Of a stretch of DNA of 27,181 nucleotides, positions 24,233 to 27,181 are shown in pieces. Source of the stretch: a virus; IMG/VR virus record IMGVR_UViG_3300009964_000029. One strand, written 5' to 3'. The notes below the pieces were generated by a model. That model ran no database searches, was not told where the DNA came from, and saw only the letters and a list, made by a program, of their open reading frames with translations. Each line of letters begins with the position of its first letter. The first letter of the stretch is position 1. The position numbers and the translations under genes were made by a program.

Positions 24233-24277
24233 CCGTCCCTGGATTTCCTAGGGCGGGGGCTTTTTGTGTTTTAGTGG
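24233..24277 (+). terminator. terminator for rightward late transcripts after holin
   Basis: imperfect stem CCCTGG-ATTTC-CTAGGG then GGGGGCTTTTTGTGTTTT. Confidence 0.45.
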
Positions 24278-24924
24278 CGGTTGTGCAGTTCCCGCATGTC
24301 CTCGATAAGGCACCGCCACGCTACGTGTGGGCTGTCGGCCCCGCCGCGAATATCGTTGCCGGATTTGTAGACGTCCCATTCGTATGTGTTACCGTTTGGC
24401 CGGTTTGGCCAGTAGCTCAGTACGCCTTCGACCGTCTCGCGCCCGTTCTCAAGAGTAAGCGTATACCGGTTGTCAGGCTCACATTTGATGGTGATGTTAC
24501 CGTATTCGGTTGCTTCGCCAGGCTCCAGCACATTGACTGTCTCGACGAGCTCATTGAGTTTAATCAGTTTTGTCATTGTAATCTCCTTTGTTTCGTGTCC
24601 GGGGTTTTTCCCTGCCGATATTTCGCGCAGCTGGTTGATGTTCATGAACTGCTGCTTGTAATAAATGCAGCAGTGGCTGATATCGAACCAACCATATTTT
24701 TTATAGAGTTTGTTGAGCGTGGTGTAGTAGGTCGAACCTTGCTGGATTACGGTTACAGGTATACGTGGCCTGTCACCGTGTGCCCGGCAGAGGAGGTAAA
24801 CGTTGTCGAGGATTATACGGCCTTCGGGTGAGCAGGAGACGCAGTTGGGGGCGATAACGAAGACTGTGGTATCACTTGCGTCTTTTATTTTTTTGATGTT
24901 TTCGGTAAGGTTGATGTCGTTCAT
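24271..24924 (-). CDS. CxxC (thioredoxin/NrdH-fold-like) N-terminal domain protein with unknown C-terminal beta-rich domain
   Basis: TVFVIAPNCVSCSPEGRIILDN; ATG 24924 after conserved leader AAAGGACACTCAA from promoter copy 3. Confidence 0.5.
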   Translation of the reverse strand: MNDINLTENIKKIKDASDTTVFVIAPNCVSCSPEGRIILDNVYLLCRAHGDRPRIPVTVIQQGSTYYTTLNKLYKKYGWFDISHCCIYYKQQFMNINQLREISAGKNPGHETKEITMTKLIKLNELVETVNVLEPGEATEYGNITIKCEPDNRYTLTLENGRETVEGVLSYWPNRPNGNTYEWDVYKSGNDIRGGADSPHVAWRCLIEDMRELHNRH

Positions 24925-24958
24925 TTGAGTGTCCTTTCTTTTTTTGTTTGATATTATT

Positions 24959-24987
24959 ATTATAGCATAGTGTAGTGATGATGTCCA
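24959..24987 (-). promoter_or_regulatory. early promoter copy 3
   Basis: -10 24959-24964, -35 24982-24987; directly downstream of terminator 25003-25035; drives 24271-24924. Confidence 0.65.
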
Positions 24988-25002
24988 ATATTATGCTAAC
25001 AG

Positions 25003-25035
25003 AATAAAATAAAAGGGGAGGACAGTTGCCTCCCC
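25003..25035 (-). terminator. rho-independent terminator after YqaJ gene
   Basis: GGGGAGG-ACAGTTG-CCTCCCC perfect 7-bp stem; U-run TTTTATTTTATT on minus strand. Confidence 0.65.
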
Positions 25036-25051
25036 ATTATCATACTAAATT

Positions 25052-25933
25052 CTACCAGTTTTCGGGTTCTACCGGAACAAGATTAGTAATCAAGTCCGAA
25101 TATCCGAGAACTTCCTGTACTTTAGTGTAATGGTCTTTAATCTCGTTGACGATATCGTCACGTGGTATCGTCAGATAAACGTGGCTGAGGTTCAGGTTCC
25201 TGATACGGTCATCGTAGAACGAGAAATACAGTGTTTCTAAATCATCGTTGACAGCGAAGTATTGGAGGACCTGCGGCTTATACTTGTCCGGAACGAAATC
25301 ATATTCGCGTGTAGCTGTCCGTTTGTCGTGGAATAACGTATTAAACAGCATGTCAGTTTTGTTCTTTTTCCAGATGAGAAACGGGAGCACGTACATGAGA
25401 TGGTTGGCCGTGCCGAGGCTCTTGCATTCAATAGCCCATAACGGTTTGTCGCCTGTCTCAGTAACGTCTGGGCTGACAGCTATGCGCGGCTCGTCGTCCC
25501 TGGCCCACATTGTCGGCTCGTAGTCCACTGTGTCTTCACTGATTCCCAGTTTTTGGACGGTGATTCCTGCGTTAACGTTTTCTAGCCGGTGACCGCGTTC
25601 TGCGGGATTCTCGTACTCTGCGTCTGGCGTGGCGTAGAGTTCTGCGAGGTACTGCCAGAAACCTACGGGCGTTTTCAACCGCTGGTTATCGAGGTCGGCG
25701 AGGTCGGCTTTTTTCTTGTATTCTTCGGCTTTTTTCTTGTATTCTTCGGCCTTTTCTGTTGTCTTGGCTTTCTCAGCGGCGGTGAGGGCTTTAGCTCTCA
25801 TATCAAGGATACGACTAACATTGGTTTGAGCATACTCTTCAAGAGCGGTCGAGCCGATTTTACTGCCTGTGATGAGACCTCGGCGGGCCTCCAACCATTC
25901 GTCAGTGTTCTGCTGTACATTAATTGTGTGCAT
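25052..25933 (-). CDS. YqaJ-like viral recombinase exonuclease (lambda Exo fold)
   Basis: N-terminal NTDEWLEARRGLITGSKIGS motif; overlaps ERF gene end by 14 nt; contains 21-bp tandem repeat (KKAEEYK x2). Confidence 0.7.
   Translation of the reverse strand: MHTINVQQNTDEWLEARRGLITGSKIGSTALEEYAQTNVSRILDMRAKALTAAEKAKTTEKAEEYKKKAEEYKKKADLADLDNQRLKTPVGFWQYLAELYATPDAEYENPAERGHRLENVNAGITVQKLGISEDTVDYEPTMWARDDEPRIAVSPDVTETGDKPLWAIECKSLGTANHLMYVLPFLIWKKNKTDMLFNTLFHDKRTATREYDFVPDKYKPQVLQYFAVNDDLETLYFSFYDDRIRNLNLSHVYLTIPRDDIVNEIKDHYTKVQEVLGYSDLITNLVPVEPENW
25706..25747. repeat. 21-bp tandem repeat x2 inside YqaJ gene
   Basis: ggcttttttcttgtattcttc x2. Confidence 0.7.
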
Positions 25934-26528
25934 TGGTGATTTCCTTTCGAATCAGTTCAACAGCTGACACGGGGATATCGGTAGGTTTGCTGATATCGTG
26001 GCCTGCGTATTTACGGGCGATGGTTTTCAGGTCAGCGTTATACTCTTTGGCAAGGTCGATGAGGCTGATAGCAACGTCCTGTGTGATTGTCTGCGTGCGA
26101 TTGTCAGTGAACTGTGTGGAATAGGTTGTGCTTGCTTTGCCGTCGTCGTCCTTGTCTGGGTAGATTCCGAGGGCGGCGTAGAGGCTGTAACGGCGGGCGT
26201 AGGTGACTGCGCTTCCGTTGGCTTGGCTGTCGGCTGTGTAGTAGAACGGGTATTCAGATACGAGTATTTCATCGTTGGCGTTGAAGATGTAGGTGCAGAC
26301 TTTAGCAATGGTCTTATTGCTGTCGGTTTCTACGAGTTCGACGGATTGGCGGAACATGATTCCGTGTTGTGCGAAAACCTGTTTGACGGTTTTGCAGAGT
26401 GTTCCGAGTGACAGGTATTTGTATGTGCGGTTCGCGCCGATTTTTGCCGCTTCGTCGGTGAGCATGTTCGGCATATCGACGAGCGCATTAATGTACGCTT
26501 GGTTGAGAGGCAGCTGTTGTTCAGCCAT
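25920..26528 (-). CDS. ERF-family single-strand annealing protein
   Basis: GANRTYKYLSLGTLCK...GSAVTYARRYSLYAALGIYPDKDDDG aligns with P22 Erf KYKYRSCEDIL...SSYARKYCLNGLFGIDDAKDAD; ATG after conserved leader of promoter copy 4. Confidence 0.75.
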   Translation of the reverse strand: MAEQQLPLNQAYINALVDMPNMLTDEAAKIGANRTYKYLSLGTLCKTVKQVFAQHGIMFRQSVELVETDSNKTIAKVCTYIFNANDEILVSEYPFYYTADSQANGSAVTYARRYSLYAALGIYPDKDDDGKASTTYSTQFTDNRTQTITQDVAISLIDLAKEYNADLKTIARKYAGHDISKPTDIPVSAVELIRKEITNAHN

Positions 26529-26562
26529 TCGAGTGTCCTTTCCTTTTTTGGTTGATATTAAT

Positions 26563-26591
26563 ATTATACCATAGTGTGGTAATGATGTCCA
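26563..26591 (-). promoter_or_regulatory. early promoter copy 4
   Basis: -10 26563-26568 (TGGTATAAT on minus), -35 26586-26591; drives ERF/YqaJ operon. Confidence 0.6.
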
Positions 26592-26615
26592 ATTAATTAT
26601 GCCGAGAGCATAAAA

Positions 26616-26969
26616 TTATTCTGGATAAGCCTCTATCAGTTTGCTTACTTCATCGTCCGAGAACGTCCGGTAGCCGCTCACTTTCTGCCGGAAATATGCT
26701 ACCGGGATATCGAGCAGCTTAGCGACTGTCTGAGCGTCCAGATTATACTGATTCATCACATAGATAACAGTACCTGTATTATTCGCGGTAGCGAGCGCGT
26801 ACGCGCGGCCGAATTGGCTGCGCAGGTTAAGGATTTCCCCGTCCGGGCTAATTGTCGCGAGGAACAGGGCAGGACGGGCTCCCTGCCGGCGGCGGATAAC
26901 AAACTGTGTTGTTGTCCCGTCGCTCCTTATCTGTTCTGGCCCTGCGGGTTCGTAACGGTAATCATTCAT
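26616..26969 (-). CDS. hypothetical HTH-containing early protein (117 aa)
   Basis: SD AAAGGAGATATATT-ATG; putative HTH QTVAKLLDIPVAYFRQKVSG. Confidence 0.5.
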   Translation of the reverse strand: MNDYRYEPAGPEQIRSDGTTTQFVIRRRQGARPALFLATISPDGEILNLRSQFGRAYALATANNTGTVIYVMNQYNLDAQTVAKLLDIPVAYFRQKVSGYRTFSDDEVSKLIEAYPE

Positions 26970-26983
26970 AATATATCTCCTTT

Positions 26984-27181
26984 TTAGATTGATTCTGTGG
27001 CTTTTTGGACTTTTTCTAAGCGGATTTCTGTATGCGGCTCCCAGTCCATAGGATCCCCTTTCCGGCGTTGTCTCACCCCCCTTCGGCCTTCCACTAAAGT
27101 GGAGGGGAGCACTTTGTAGATAATGCTTTCCATTATCTGACTATCGTCCACGTATGCGACGCCGTTCAATGCGTCGGTGAC
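26984..27181 (-). CDS. rusA: RusA C-terminal part (5' end beyond window edge; same gene as 1-388)
   Basis: track ORF 26984-27169 (NGVAYVDDSQIMESIIYKVL...) is in frame with the 388 start through the 127-bp overlap. Confidence 0.7.
   Translation of the reverse strand, partial: VTDALNGVAYVDDSQIMESIIYKVLPSTLVEGRRGVRQRRKGDPMDWEPHTEIRLEKVQKATESI
27055..27181. repeat. terminal redundancy copy B (identical to 1-127)
   Basis: see copy A; RusA frame is continuous when copies are overlapped (388 nt + 71 nt = 153 codons). Confidence 0.9.

Noticed and set aside
1-27181. CRISPR arrays, rRNA genes, transposase/IS elements
   Set aside because: None seen: no spaced direct-repeat arrays, no rRNA-like segments, no transposase-sized ORF or terminal inverted repeats.

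Overview
Complete circularly permuted tailed-phage genome (~27.05 kb, siphovirus-like, HK97-fold capsid). The window ends duplicate 127 bp (1-127 = 27055-27181), and a RusA resolvase gene reads continuously across that junction. The rightward late block (6733-24165, + strand) runs from a leaderless HTH_17 gene and a putative small terminase through a PBSX-type large terminase, a portal-MuF fusion, a Com-like Zn-ribbon and a prohead-protease/scaffold/major-capsid fusion, then connector/adaptor genes, major tail protein, two tail chaperones, a 956-aa tape measure, Dit, a Tal-like protein and a fibre/RBP, and ends with a membrane coiled-coil protein, an amidase_2 endolysin with PG-binding repeats, and a holin. 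The leftward early block (5855 down to 1, wrapping to 27181 down to 24271, - strand) holds a DUF488 protein, a tRNA-like element, SSB, RusA, ERF and a YqaJ exonuclease. It also holds a very acidic DNA-mimic-like protein, small membrane proteins and a tandem family of small paralogs. The block is packed with 4-nt ATGA and 1-nt TAATG stop/start overlaps. I found no integrase, repressor, replication initiator, CRISPR array or rRNA. The three least ordinary signals are: four near-identical copies of a consensus sigma70 promoter plus conserved leader; a near-perfect but non-canonical tRNA-like cloverleaf (5377-5448) inside the early operon; and a ~3.3-kb island of extreme A+C richness on the + strand (about 5450-8700) whose left edge coincides with the tRNA-like element, bounded on the right by the TerL/portal junction.
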